64,000 nucleotides of DNA, taken from the NCBI RefSeq assembly GCF_009914755.1, contig NC_060940.1; one strand, given 5' to 3'. The DNA is from the human T2T-CHM13v2.0 reference genome, Homo sapiens. The notes under the pieces were generated by a model. That model was not told the origin of the DNA. It was given only the letters and a program-made list of their open reading frames with translations, and ran no database searches. Shown piece after piece: positions 39,077 to 53,989 of this stretch (positions within the stretch are counted from its first letter, which is position 1; each line of letters begins with the position of its first letter). The translations under genes were made by a program, and so were the position numbers.

Positions 39077-39581
39077 CTTGCTCAAGTTTGAGTGAGTATT
39101 CAAACCAGCACAGACTAGTTGCCTTAACTACTATGCCAACATGAAATATATATTATTAGAAATGGCTGAAAAGGGGGCTAGACTAAAAAGCGGGGAATTT
39201 GTCAGAACAATTTGCAACTGTGGTCAGAGAACTAGAGTTCATACCCTGCCCATAGTGAGCCAGTGTATGACAGAGCCACATTATTAATCTCGATAATAAC
39301 CCAATCATTTAAAATATAGAATGTAAAATATGTATAATATATACTTAAATATATAAAACCTCAGTTAATAAGCATACTAATGAACAAATTCACAGTTAGA
39401 AAAATAATTCTTATTCTTCCTTTCAGTTAAGCAAAAAGTCTCCTCTTACATCTTTAGACTGTAGGCCTTTTACTGTTACAAATTTTGTTAACTTCAGATT
39501 TCACATTTTTCCTATGGTCAATTTTATAATACTTCTACTTTTCCTATTTATACAATTCAACTATGTACAAAAGATTGTCTT

Positions 39582-39793
39582 CCCAGCCTGGGCAACATGG
39601 AGAAACTCCATTTCTGCCAAAAATACAAAAAATTAGCTGGACATGGTGGCAAATTCCTGTAGTCTCAACTACTTGGAAGGCTGAGGCTGAGGTTGGAGGT
39701 TCACTTGAGCCTCGGAGGTCAGGGCTGCAGTGAGCTGAGATTATGCCATTGCACTCCAGCCTAGGTGACAGAGGGAGACCCTGTCCAAAAAAA
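39582..39793 (+). mobile_element. AluJ, 5' truncated
   Basis: Starts at ccagcctgggcaacat; complete right arm and short A tail. Confidence 0.9.
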
Positions 39794-41399
39794 ATATTTT
39801 CCCAAAGGTATTTACAAAAGATAGGAGTAAGTATGATATTGACTGTTAATTTAAATATTAATTTTATTTTGGATGCTTAATTTAGTGTTTCTAAAATAAA
39901 TATTGATTTGTACTAATTTTAGCAATTCTATTTACTCATATCTTTCATAGATTAGTACAATACAAAGACATATTGCTATGAATCACCCTGAAATTTTTTA
40001 TTTTTGTATCTGTTTGCATTGCTGTTGCTTTTTTAAGAGCTCAAATATCTGAGAATCTTTGTGGAATAGTGAAAATAAATTCTGGTGATGGCTAAGATTT
40101 GATATGTTGCTTTCTTGGTCATTGATGTGAAATCCAAACGTATGTTTTCAGTTCGCAATGTTAAAGTAAATTTTCAAAACATAAAAACATAACTTCCATT
40201 CAAATACAGAATATACATGTATCAAAGAAGTATTTGATTCATTAATGAAGGAATCAGAAGGATGGTAAAACTAGTTTCAAAGAAAATTCAAGAGATTGAG
40301 TGTATATATAGGAATCCAGGAAAGCATGTTAGAATAATATTACTAGGTAGATACGCAAGAAGTTAATATTCAACAGGACAATAAACCCATAACCTTTGGA
40401 GATATAGTTTCTACCAGACAGAAGCAATTTGCATCTCTACTGAGCAAAAATCTACAGATTATGTTTAACTTTATAGAATCTGGCCTTAATTATTATTCAT
40501 TCAGTAATAAATAGTAAAATCAGAATTTATTAATTCACCTAGAATTAAATAATCTTTACCTGTTAGAAGATGTTCTACAATGACATTGAGAAGATGTGAA
40601 GTTATTTCTTTGCTTTATTTCCACTTTTTTTTCTAATTTTTCTTAACAGTGGTAAGATCACTTTCAAGAGAATCTATACTCCTGTCTCTGTCACCAGCAT
40701 TTTTGGACAGCTGAGTACTGTCCAAAATATATAGAATTGAAATGCTCCTTCTCTCTCTCAAAAGATTAATTTTTTCAGGTTTTTATATGATTAACTTTAT
40801 GCCACATAACTCAGAATTTTGTAATTGTTTAAGATGATTTTTAAAGTATATCAAATGGGTGCAAATAACTTTTTATAAAAATTGCTTATAAAAAGTGACC
40901 TACAATGAGTGTTATATCTAAAATAATACTGTTAAAAATCATCCAGAATTTTTTTTCATTTCCTGAGAGTCTGTTTCTATATATTAAATGTGTATCCTTT
41001 GAAGTTTTCCTGTACTGATAATGTACTCGCATTGTGAATTATACTGAACTTTTTTTCTCTGAAGGGTATTGTTTACCTGCATGGGAAATCTGTGATGCGA
41101 CTGTAGCCAGTTTGTTGATTTCCCTCTTTCTGTACTTTGTTCCTTTCAGGTCCCCTTTTTCAAGGTGAGCCAACCTCACTCCTACTCTGAGTACTAAATT
41201 ATTTCCTGTCACTGTAGTTTCTCAGCAATCCTCAGAGCTCTCTTTTATGACAGTGAATGGGACAGTGCTGGGAAAATGTCTAGGCCTCTTGAGATTAAGT
41301 GTTCCAAGAGTAATCCTAGTTTATGGGGACAAGTTATAGGACTTGAAGACTGTAGAGGGTGGCAAGATTACTGATTAAGATCTCCCTTTGCCTCCTGTT

Positions 41400-41660
41400 T
41401 CTAGACCTGAGAACTGAGAGAGCCCTTTATCAACTACCTTAAGTGACTCCAGCCTTCTGTTACTCTTGATCAGAATGCCTGTTACAACCTGTAATGCTTT
41501 TATGAACTTAGTTGTTTACTTGCTAAATATTGTCTGTCTTCACTAAATGGAAACACCATGAGGACAGGGGCCATATTTATGTTGAATTTTTTTTAAATCC
41601 CAGAATCTGGCACACTGATTCAAACGTGATGGGTCAAATAAAGTTTTATTGAATGAATTC
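41400..41660 (+). mobile_element. L2 3' end fragment
   Basis: ccatgaggacagggg..cccagaatctggcaca..caaataaagttttattgaatgaat. Confidence 0.55.
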
Positions 41661-43217
41661 ATAGAATTGCATTGTCGTGTACCTGTGAAGCAAGGAGACA
41701 GTAAGAATGACAGAAAATGACAAGTGGCCTTGGTTTAAGAGTATGCAATTGCTTTAGGCATTAATGGTTTTATATGTTTTTCTCTATGCCATTTTGCTGA
41801 TTGAAATATTCCAGGCACAAAAGCTTTAGGTGCCACAGAAGATACATATCATCATTATAATGTAATAATAACAGCAGCGAAAAAGAAAAAAAAAGTACTA
41901 GTAGCTAAAGTAACACAAGCTAAACCTTTAATGGGAAAAATTCTCTTGGTAGCTAATTTCAAAAATAGTCTTTACCTAAAATGAAATCATTACTGTCATA
42001 GTTGCCTTTAAGTGATACATTAACTCGGAGATAACTGCATTGCTCCAAATGTGTCAGCATTTAAAGTCTGTCTTACTGGAATTTTTCTTAATTTATTGTA
42101 ATCTAATAATCATAGGATGCATTATTTGTATTTGACACAGTTGTATTTTTCCCATGCGCATTCATTCAGCTATGTAACGAGGAAGGATTGTTAGGCTAAC
42201 ATTATTCTTTCTACAGAATGCAGTATTTATTCATGTGCACTTGGTGAATGAATTCTCTATAAGCACATTAGCAAAATGTGAAAAAATAAAACCTCTGAGT
42301 CTTCAAAAGATGGCTGCATAAAATAGTTGAAAAAAATTTGCAGGGTGGTGTGTATAGAGATTTCACATAAAATATGATGGATAATCTGAATCAAATGCAT
42401 ATTTGGGCTTACAAGTAGCTATAATAACTTTGTCACATCAAACAAGATGAGTAAACTGGAATGTCATTTTGTTGACTGGAAGAAGCCAGCTTACCAGTTG
42501 AAAAATCGCTTCATATTTTATTGTATTTTTTGAGCCTCTTCATTTATTACATAAGTGCACTCTCAAGGGTAATTGCCTTAAAAAAATCTTTGACTTGTGA
42601 AATGTAGACAATACCGTCAGGATTTCCAAGTGTTATGAGTTCTTTTTAATGTCTCTTGTTCAGGTGCAACTGATTTTGACAGATGTATTGTTAGGTTACT
42701 GGTATAACATGACATCTTTTTTCAGATGAAATGAGTAAGAGTGATTTTGACAATAAGTAGATAAGACAGTCAGAAAGTTGAAAAAAACATGTCAATGTCA
42801 CAGTTATGCCACAAATACTACAGAACAGACCTTACAATATCATTAAGTCAGGGTCTTTCCAACAATGTCCTTGAGAAGACAGAAAATAGTATTGCCCTTA
42901 AATACTACCACTTAGCCACAGACGGAAAATAAGACAAAACACAAAGATCAGTTTAATGTGTACTCAAGGCGGCATTTGATGAGTCTATGCTATGTGTGTA
43001 TATTTGTGTATAGACCTCGTTAACATACTGTATGGATGAAAGAATTTTGAGATATCAAAACCACTTTTTCTGGAGCCAAAAAAACATTTAACTTTAGAAT
43101 TCCAAGAACTCCATTAAAAAACATTGATTGTGAAATATGCAAAGTGATTTAATGTATATTAATTATAACTTTGTTGAATGGAATAAGAAGAAATAGCCTT
43201 TAATAATATGAGAAAAA

Positions 43218-43560
43218 GGCCAGGCACAGTGGCTCACGCCTTTAATCGCAGCACTTTGGGTGGCTGAGGTAGGCAGATCGCCTAAACCCAGGAATTCGAG
43301 ACCAGCCTGGGCAACATAATGAGGACTTCATCTCCATAAAAAATAAACAAAATTAGCTGAGCATGGTAGTGCACCCTTGTGGTTCCACTTACTCAGGAGG
43401 TTGAGGTGGGAGGGTCGCTTGAGCCTCAGAGGTCAAGGCTGCAGTGAGCCAAGATAGTGTGAGTACCACTGCATTCCAGCCTGGGTGACAAAGAAGACCC
43501 TGCCTGAAAAATTATATATATGAAATTATGTATATATATATATGAAATTATATATATATA
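43218..43560 (+). mobile_element. AluJ with its tail replaced by a (TA)n/GAAAT compound repeat
   Basis: Both arms present; atatgagaaa flanks both sides (probable TSD). Confidence 0.9.
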
Positions 43561-43724
43561 TATGAGAAATTTAGGAATACATTTAAAAATGTATTTCTAG
43601 ATCATGAATTTTGTAAACAGGTTAGTAAAGACTAAAATGAAATCAACCCCATGTGTCAATAGGGAATTAGATGTTTGGTGGTCATATTTTCCCTTACTAT
43701 TGACTGGTCAGAAGCTGGACTACA

Positions 43725-44090
43725 CAGACAGTCCCTGACTTACAGAGATTCAACTTACAGTTTTTTGACTTTACAGTGGTGTAGAGACAATATGCATTCA
43801 GTAGAAACCATGCCTCAAGTACCTATCCAGCCATGCTGTCTTTCACTTTCAGTGCAGTATTCAATAAATTACATGAGATATTCAACACTTTATTATAAAA
43901 TGGTTTTTGTGTTAGATGATTTTGTTCAACAATAAGCTAATGTAAGTGTTCTGAGCATGTTTAAGGTAGGCTAGGCTAAACTATGAGGTTTGGTGGGTTA
44001 CATGTATTAGATGCATTTTCAACTAACAATATTTTTAACTTAAGATGGGTTTATCAGGATATAACTCCATCATTAGTTGAGGAGCATCTG
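43725..44090 (-). mobile_element. MER47A (TcMar-Tigger), full length
   Basis: TIRs cagacagtccctgacttac and tagttgaggagcatctg followed by TA; 366 bp. Confidence 0.88.
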
Positions 44091-44156
44091 TATATGCATG
44101 TGTATGAGTACGTATACTGCATTTTCTCAATATATAATGCATTTAAAATGATTTAA

Positions 44157-44423
<267 letters not shown>

Positions 44424-44963
44424 TGAAGTGCTCAAAAATCTGATTATTTAGATATCACCTAAGTCACTTTATGCTTTTATAGCTTATCTTTTAGCAGTCA
44501 GAGTGCCTTATTTTCAGATTCAAGGGCTTGTACATATGTCAATATTGCTCTTTCATGTAAAAATGGTTCATATTTTGCAAATTGCACAAAATCTTCATTC
44601 AGTGTTTTTTTACATAGTGCTGATAGAACCATATAGCTATTTTCTAACATCATAAAGGAAGGGATGGGTCATTGAAAAATGTTGAGGTAGTAAAAATAAT
44701 GAGGTTGTGGCAAAGATAAAATTTACATAGAAAATGAGCGTGCAATCAGTAATAATGACAAAAAGAATTAACAACGGAGGAAATTACAACAAGGTTGAGA
44801 TATTATTATATTGAAACTTCGGGGAAATGCATCCTAGTATTTGAAACGGAATGCGTAGAAGGAGATTGCAATTATTATGAAAGATGGTGGTCCACAGAAG
44901 GGAACCTTTTTTTTTTTTCTTTAGACTGGCAATAATGGTGCTGTTATTTTTCTCCTCTTCTAA

Positions 44964-45152
<189 letters not shown>

Positions 45153-45834
45153 TGATGGTTATGTTTCAATTAATGCTGATTTTATTATGTATATGTGGTT
45201 TAATCTCCCAGAGGAAAATACACTATAAAGAGCCCACCTTTTCAGTAAATCATAGAACAGGTGAAGCATTTCCCAAGGCAGTCTAACTCACAGTAGCAGC
45301 TTTCGGTGTATAGTACTTGAACCTTCATCTTTCTCACAGTATGTAAATTTATTGTTATAGAGGGAGATGATCTTTTTTACCTAAAATATGTAGTCACAGA
45401 ACATCATATGCAGGAAATCTTCTGCACCAAAAAAATCTTATTACCACAAGCAAATATAGGATGTTTGCTATGACTTCTTTGTGTTCTAGGGTATTTGTGA
45501 GCAGTATAGATTTATAAGGAGAATGTACCAACAAATTGATTAATTAATTCATTAGCAATGGATTCAAATGCTCAAATATCAATATGTGCTAGAAGCGTAT
45601 CTAAAATAAAATATTATAATTGGTTATAGTATTAAACAGATCAAGTTTTACCATGTTATAAAGATGTATTTTTCATCGACCAGTGAATATCAAAGCCAGA
45701 TGTGATCAGCAACTTGTAAAAATAAAGTTCTAGTGTAAATAAAAGCTAAATGCACATAAATTTGTTTTAAATCTATATCTTAATTTTTGTGTGTGTAGGG
45801 TTATGAAAAATTGATCTGTGTGTGATGATTATAG

Positions 45835-46080
<246 letters not shown>

Positions 46081-46332
46081 TAGTAAAACTATATTTCTTT
46101 TTTCCACACAGTAAAATTCCTCCATTTTAGGTTCCCATTTGACATGGGGTTTTAGAGGTACTCTTATTTAAATATTTTTCTTTGATTGGCAATATGCATA
46201 TAAAAGATTGGTTCTATCTGAAGGAATTATAATTTTGGGGGCATAATTATTTTATTTTTATATGAAGTAAAGCAGTGTTTTTATGGTTGATATTTTAATT
46301 TTATTGTGATGTCATTACTCACAGGAGCCTAA

Positions 46333-46647
<315 letters not shown>

Positions 46648-46977
46648 TGCTCTGTGATTTTTTAAATAAGATATTCCCTGACAAACTTACCAGATGAGCA
46701 TAAAGAGTTTCTGGAATCAGATAACAACCATGTATATTAGGGAGACATTTGAAAAACTTGTATTTTGCCATAGTCATTCATGATAAATAAAAGAGACGAA
46801 CAGACAACAGCATGTAAGAAACATCACATGTAGGAAATCTGCACCAAGAGATCTTACTACCGCAAGCAAATACAGGATGTGTTACAATATTGCATCGGCC
46901 AATCTGTCCAAATGGCAATGTTGGTCAGACTGCATTACATTCTAATTCTGTGGAAACGGGGACAATTTAAATATAGC

Positions 46978-47540
46978 TGTCTTGGTTAGGTTTCAGTTAG
47001 GGAAGCAGCACCAATGCTAGGTATTGTGAACAGTGGATCTATATTAGGACTTGGACCTCAGCAATTTTCAGAGGAACTAAAAAATGAATGGCCTGGCAGG
47101 GGAAGTGCGAGGATCAGAGAAGTCATTAATTCTGCCCAAAGCAGTGATGTGTGGAGGCATGTTGGAACTTACAGACATTTTCAGCCTAGGAGGGTTGAAG
47201 AGAACTTTGGCAGTTGTTGCCTGTGGGTAGCCACCACCCCTGTGTGTCCCCAGCCATGCATCCAGCGATGGGCCTGGGCTTGCTGTCGGTCGGTTGGGCC
47301 AGCTGTCAGGAAGAAGAGATGGACCATAGTGCAGGAGAGCCAGGACAGACTGGAACAAACCAGCCGCTGTGTGACCACCCTTCATCGCACATGATTAGAA
47401 AAACAACCTTAGGGGCAAAATGTGTTGCTGGTGTTTTAATTCTAACTATCAAGTATCACCCAAGCTCTCTTTTTTGGCTTTTACTCAGAAGCAGACAAGT
47501 AAGGGGATCCTGGGAAACATGGTTTCTAGCTTTACCAGTT
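46978..47540. mobile_element. Probable old ERVL/MaLR-class LTR
   Basis: Starts tgtcttggttagg, is GC-richer than the flanks and ends with gggatcctgggaaacatggtttctagc. Family not resolved. Confidence 0.4.
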
Positions 47541-47796
47541 TGATAATAAAATACAGGCACATATTGATTTGAATAAATTTCTTTCATTGCTTAAAATCCA
47601 AAGTGGGTAAATTTAAGCTCATGTGTCAGCAAATCCCAAAGCACATCACAAGTGTATTTATTGTTTAAACAGCGTTTTATTTCTAATTATGTGAATTGGT
47701 GGTATTTATATGACCACAACAGCCAGCAAGATTTTAAAATAGTATTTTTAATAAAAGCAAAATTATTTAAAATAAAAATAAAAATATTTTAGATAG

Positions 47797-47797
<1 letters not shown>

Positions 47798-47846
<49 letters not shown>
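47798..47846. repeat. (TG)24 perfect microsatellite
   Basis: Uninterrupted TG run. Confidence 0.97.
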
Positions 47847-47848
<2 letters not shown>

Positions 47849-47968
47849 TTTATCCATAAAATGAGTTTCTAGAAACTGCAAGGACCATTCACTCTTCATT
47901 GGCAAGAGGATTTGCTGCTGGTAAGCTATCATGCAGCTATCCAAATGATGCATAAGATCAAGCTGCAG

Positions 47969-48244
47969 GTTAATGGGTACAAAAATATGATTAGAAAGAA
48001 GAGGGGCAATAAATTCTAGTTTTCAATAGCACAGTAGGGCGACTATAGTTAATAAGGATTTATAGTATATTTCAAAATAGCTACAAGATAAGTTTTGTAA
48101 TGTTCTCAACACAAAGAAAAGATAAATGTTTGAAATGATGGACATCCCAATTATCCCGATTTGCTCATTACATATTATATATATGTATCAAAATATCACA
48201 TGTGCCTCATAAATATATACAACTATTATGTATCACTAAGAAAA
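47969..48244 (+). mobile_element. 5'-truncated L1MA 3' end with TSD
   Basis: L1MA 3'UTR flanked by aagatcaagctgcag / aagaccaagctgcag. Confidence 0.88.
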
Positions 48245-48692
48245 AAGACCAAGCTGCAGCTGGTAAAAATGTTTTTTTTTTTTTCCCTAGGTTTGATAGT
48301 CTTAAAATTGCCTTTACATATATGGGTTAGTGTAGTTTGCTGTTCAGCTTTTGTTATTTCATTCATTGGAACAATGTATTTGTTTATAATAAAAGTGAAT
48401 TCACTTTTCACAGATTCATAATAGAGCCAAATGTTTTCGTTTGACCAAGACCAAATGTTTTATTCCAATGTGTATTCTTCTAAATAAGCTTGACTTCATT
48501 GACTTTTAAATTTATATTAAAGTTGAGAAATGGAGAGAAGAGCAGAGCAAAGGGTTGAAGAACCTTTAAGAAATATGGCAGTGGTTTGGACTGTCATGTT
48601 GATAGCAGGCAGTTGTTTTAAATCGCGGATAATGTGAGATTGAAAAGCAGCCTTCAAATTCTGTTACTAATGTGATGTGAATAACATTCTGA

Positions 48693-49079
<387 letters not shown>

Positions 49080-50305
49080 TAATAAATGAATACTCAGGTT
49101 AATAAGATTATAAGTACTCTTCCTTAGAGGAACTTGATTCCAATTTTCTTTTAAATATGGTTCCAACACTAGCAGTTCTTATTAACCAAAATGATAGTTT
49201 TGGGGAACTGAAGTTTCCTTTCACGACCCTGTCTCCCACTCCAGACAAAGAACATATCCTAAGGTGATGTGTTTTGGGGAAAACATGAAGACCTTGAAAT
49301 AGGCCAACAAGTTAACTAAGTGTTCTTCAATGGAAAACTAGACTCTTCCTAACACACTTGTTAGTCTTATCTGGTCTGTGAGAAAAAGGGAGAGGTCTTT
49401 CTGGGATCTATATCTATATCTCTGTATGAGTGTACAGTGTGAATGGTAACTTTATTTGCTGATGTCTTATGTAAAGAGTTGAATACATTTTGAGGGGATG
49501 CAAAGATTTATGCAAGATTCCTCAGTTGTCACCAAATGAAATTCTCTCTACTTCTAGGCAATACGGTATTGTTTTAATGATTAGAAGTAATGTACTTGAG
49601 GTGACTATATGAGTATCTGGATAATGAATGTCTAATTTAGGCCAGTGCGTTGAGTGAGGGATGTTTTTGTCTCTTCATTAAAATTATAAAGTTCTTGACA
49701 AAAGCTCTACATCACATTTTTACGTATGTACAATGGCATCCAAGCCAAGCAACTAGAGGTTGCCTTGGGGTAAATTACTACATTAATTTAATAAATAATC
49801 TTTAAAAACAACTTAAAGATTCCATTGTACTACTCCTCTATATTAAGTATGACCAAAAAATAGTGGAATGTAACTTGGAGAGGAGAAAAAAATGAGAAGT
49901 TAAAATACAGTTGAAAATTAAATACGAGAAAACAAGTATACAAATGGATATACAAATGCCTATTATTTATATGTCTTTTTGTTGCTGTACTACTATTGTA
50001 GTTTAAATATGGAACCGAGAATTCGATATTAGTTATAATTTTTAAAGAGATACTATGCTGTGACTTTTTATTTAGTGTTCAAAATGTGGTAGATTTGCTG
50101 GCTAGACAAAAAGAAATAAATTAATGAGTCTCATATTAATAATTAATAGGCCCTGAAAATGAAGGTCTAAAAATGTAAGCTTGCCATTAGTGTGTCATTT
50201 ATTGTGATGTATCTGACATCTTCTGAAGTGGTTATATTCATACCCTAATTTTCAGCATCTTAAAGAAACCGCTTCAGTGCAACGTTACTTTGGGGAGCTC
50301 CATGA

Positions 50306-50637
<332 letters not shown>

Positions 50638-52334
50638 TAAATGAATGTTTAAATTCATGTATAATATAATCTGTTATGACATCATCTGACTTGGTATGAT
50701 TATTTTCATACTAATCATAAGGATACTAGACTAAATATGAATGTCAGTACACTGAGGATAACACAAGTAGGATTTTATTTAAAAACTCTCTCTACTCTTT
50801 TTTTTCCGTTTCTTTCACAATATTATTTTTTGCTAGTTCCCGTGAAGCAAGTACATTTTGCATTTGAAAATAGACTATTTAAATGGTAGTTGGGTGGGAG
50901 GTCAGCTTGTTCTCCCAAGGGGAAGACTTTCCATTTATGTTTTATGTATGCGACACTTGATAATTAAACCAGTTGTCAGGATGTATTATAATGACTTTCA
51001 AGAGAACCATGTCTTTATTGATGGATTGCTATCACATTGTACTAAATCTTTTCATTATATAAGGATGGATTAATTTTTCTCAGCTACTGGAGATATATTT
51101 TACAAATCTTATATGTTTGAAAAACTCAACATTTTAATATATTTTATAATGAAATTAAGATTAAATTGTATTGAGAAAGAACTGAATTGTGCAAATGCTT
51201 GAATTATCAGACTAAATTTTTAATATGATGTACAGTTTTGCAAATTGTCATTTGGAATTATTCAAAAATATTATGTCAGCTTAAATCATTTTTGAAATAT
51301 TCAACACATTATATTAGTATAAATCATGAAACATATTAGCATCACTATAAAATCCCTTATGACACAAAATATTTTTAGTCGTTGCCACCTTTATAAATGT
51401 CAAAGCAAAAATCAATGAGCAGTACAGTTTTATGTTCCCATTTAAAACAAAGTTTTTGATATCAAATTTGAGATTTCTGCTATGATTTTAGCATTTCTGC
51501 TGCTGTTTTTGCGTAACAGTGAAAATCAGGCTTATAACCATGCCTCTTGTCCCCATGGGCAGGGCCTGGCAGAGGCAGGCTTGCAGTATTTGAGATGTTT
51601 CTGCATTTTTCTATTACTAAGCATTCTCAATTCTTGTGCCTCTGACAATGGAGCAGCCCCCTTGATTTGCTGCACCCAGGAGAGCCATTTTTGTCAATCC
51701 ACCTTCCTCCCTTTCACTGTTGAAATATTCCTAACTTTCGGGCTGTAAACCTGTCACCCTTTAAACTTCTGCTCTCCACCAAAGTGATGGGTACCAACCA
51801 CCTCCATATTTTCATCTTGACAAGAGGTATCTGGTAATCTGAATCCTTAATTCTGGTTAGTGACTACGGTTAGTGGATATAAGAATGTCTGGCACTTCAG
51901 TGCGCTGAAATACGCTTGGAAAGAGGCAACACCCTTTGGTTTTTCCCTGAGGAATGGCCTAGGTATAATTGCCTTTTGCACCTTTGCTGAACTCCTACCC
52001 TATATGGCAGGCTAATTTTTTTTCTTATACATTGTGCACTACAGATATGTGTTGTAGTCTTATGAGAGGGTGATGACAACTAAGCTCTCATGTTTCTGAT
52101 GCAATTTAGGACTGGAACTAGAAGACGATCTGTAGAATGGAAGTAGACGTAAATCTTTTTTCTCCTGCTGTATTTTGTATGTTTATGTGGTTTAGGCTGG
52201 AAGACAGAACAAAGAGAGCAACAGAAAGGGAAAGAGAGAGAGAACGTTCTAGGCCATAATCTCATGGTCTCCAACGTGTAATTGCAAACACTTCCATCTA
52301 CTATTCCATCCTTCCATTATTCCAATTGGCATTG

Positions 52335-52945
52335 TCAATGTTTTCCATCCAAAGACTGCAATTAACATATCTGGAGTTAAACAAGTTGAATTTATTGCTT
52401 ATTGCAACACAGAGAACACACCCTGGAAACCAACGGTTGTCTGAAGACAAAGTTGTTAGAATGGCATAGGATTTGGGGTTGTGTTAGCTGATTTGAGGGA
52501 GGTTTCAAGGAAGTGAAAAATTGCTGTAGACTAAATGCTGTCACGAAGTGAGGGTAATTCTATGATTAAATATCTTTGTAAACCTTATCTAGAAGGATGA
52601 AATAACGAAGTAAGGCTAAAGTTGTAATTGGTAAATACAGAACAAAACAGTTGGTCATTCATAAGTATCAGGAGAGAAAGAAGTTTGTGTTTTTGAGGTT
52701 TGTACAATAGCCTTGCTTCTGTCTGTGTTTAGACAAGTTTATAAGTAGTCATGATTTTTCCCCACCTTCATTTCATTATAGTCACAGAATGGCCTTGTCT
52801 GATGTTGGTGTTCTGTGTTATTGTTGATGTTCAACAGAAGAACACCAAAGCCCAGCCCTCAGTGCCAGCCAGATTCTTACAACACCAAGGTCTCACTGGT
52901 GGTACCAGGCTGTGTCCTAGCTGTTGCGGCCTATTTTTCTTAGAG
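52335..52945 (-). mobile_element. ERVL LTR (MER76/MER54-like)
   Basis: gtcacagaatggccttgtctgatgttggtgttctgtg..tgttcaacag.agaacaccaa matches the recalled family in reverse. Confidence 0.55.
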
Positions 52946-53011
52946 TTAATTGTTTAATATGAGCAAAAAATAAATAAAATAAAATAAAGTAAGGCAGACA
53001 CCTGTCTTGCA

Positions 53012-53235
53012 GACAGGGAAGAGTGTAGGTTTTGGAGTCAGTCTTGGTTTTCTGTTTTCCTTCAGCTATCCAGCAGCTGGATATGACCTCGGTAGTTTCT
53101 TTTCCTCTCTGAGCCTCATTTTCTCCGTATTTAAGGTGAGAATGATAAGTTATAGTGAAGATTAAATGATACTATGCATAGAAAGCTCCCAGTATTTGTT
53201 ATAAGTAATACCTCAATAAAATTACTATTTTATTA
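53012..53235 (+). mobile_element. MIR
   Basis: ttggagtcag..cctctctgagcctcattttctc..gtgaagattaaatga. Confidence 0.75.
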
Positions 53236-53989
53236 TTATGACAACATGTTCCTCCCCAGACTTAAAAGTTATGAGTGGTGGGACTGGGTGCATAGAATTT
53301 TCATTTACTTACACAATATCAGAAACAAGAAAACAAATTCAAATTCTATGATTTCTCCTTCTCCTTCCTGTTTCACAGTGGTGCGGCCCTTGAAAAGGGC
53401 CAACCTATTATCAGACCTAGTAACGGAAAGGAGTTGTATAGCTACAAAACAATTAGAATCTAATTTAAAATTAGGTAGAGTTAGTTGAAATGAGTTAAAG
53501 GGACATTTTGTGATTTGAGTAATAAATTCCAATTGACAGGTATTAAGTCTCCTCATCATAGGCAAATAATGTTTGTTACAAAGGAGGCTTGGGAAAAGCT
53601 TTCTGAAGGTTCCCCCACAAACATGGCACAACTTCATTCTATTCACAACCTGTAACCTGCTAGCTTGTTAGATGAATGTGTTTAAATGTGTGCCAAATTA
53701 CAGAGTGGGTTACTCTGGCAGTCTTTTGTTCCTGATCTATTTTTTGCTTCTGTATGGACAGTAGGCCTCCCCAAGCCTTTTAGTTAATCCTGCTGCATGC
53801 CTAATCAATGACTGCCCAGAGCCCTGCTACTCAAAGTATGGGTCCTGGACCAGCACTGGCTGAGTGAAATACTTTTAACTGATTTATGATGAGATGAATG
53901 TTAAAATTGAGATTAAACTCCTAGAAACTGGTAAAAAGAGATCACTGCAACATCTAAGCACATGGTTAGTGGGCTTGTATTTTATGTCT

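Noticed and set aside
47014-47543. Cluster of overlapping ORFs on both strands
   Set aside because: No recognisable domain; explained by locally higher GC content in a probable old LTR.
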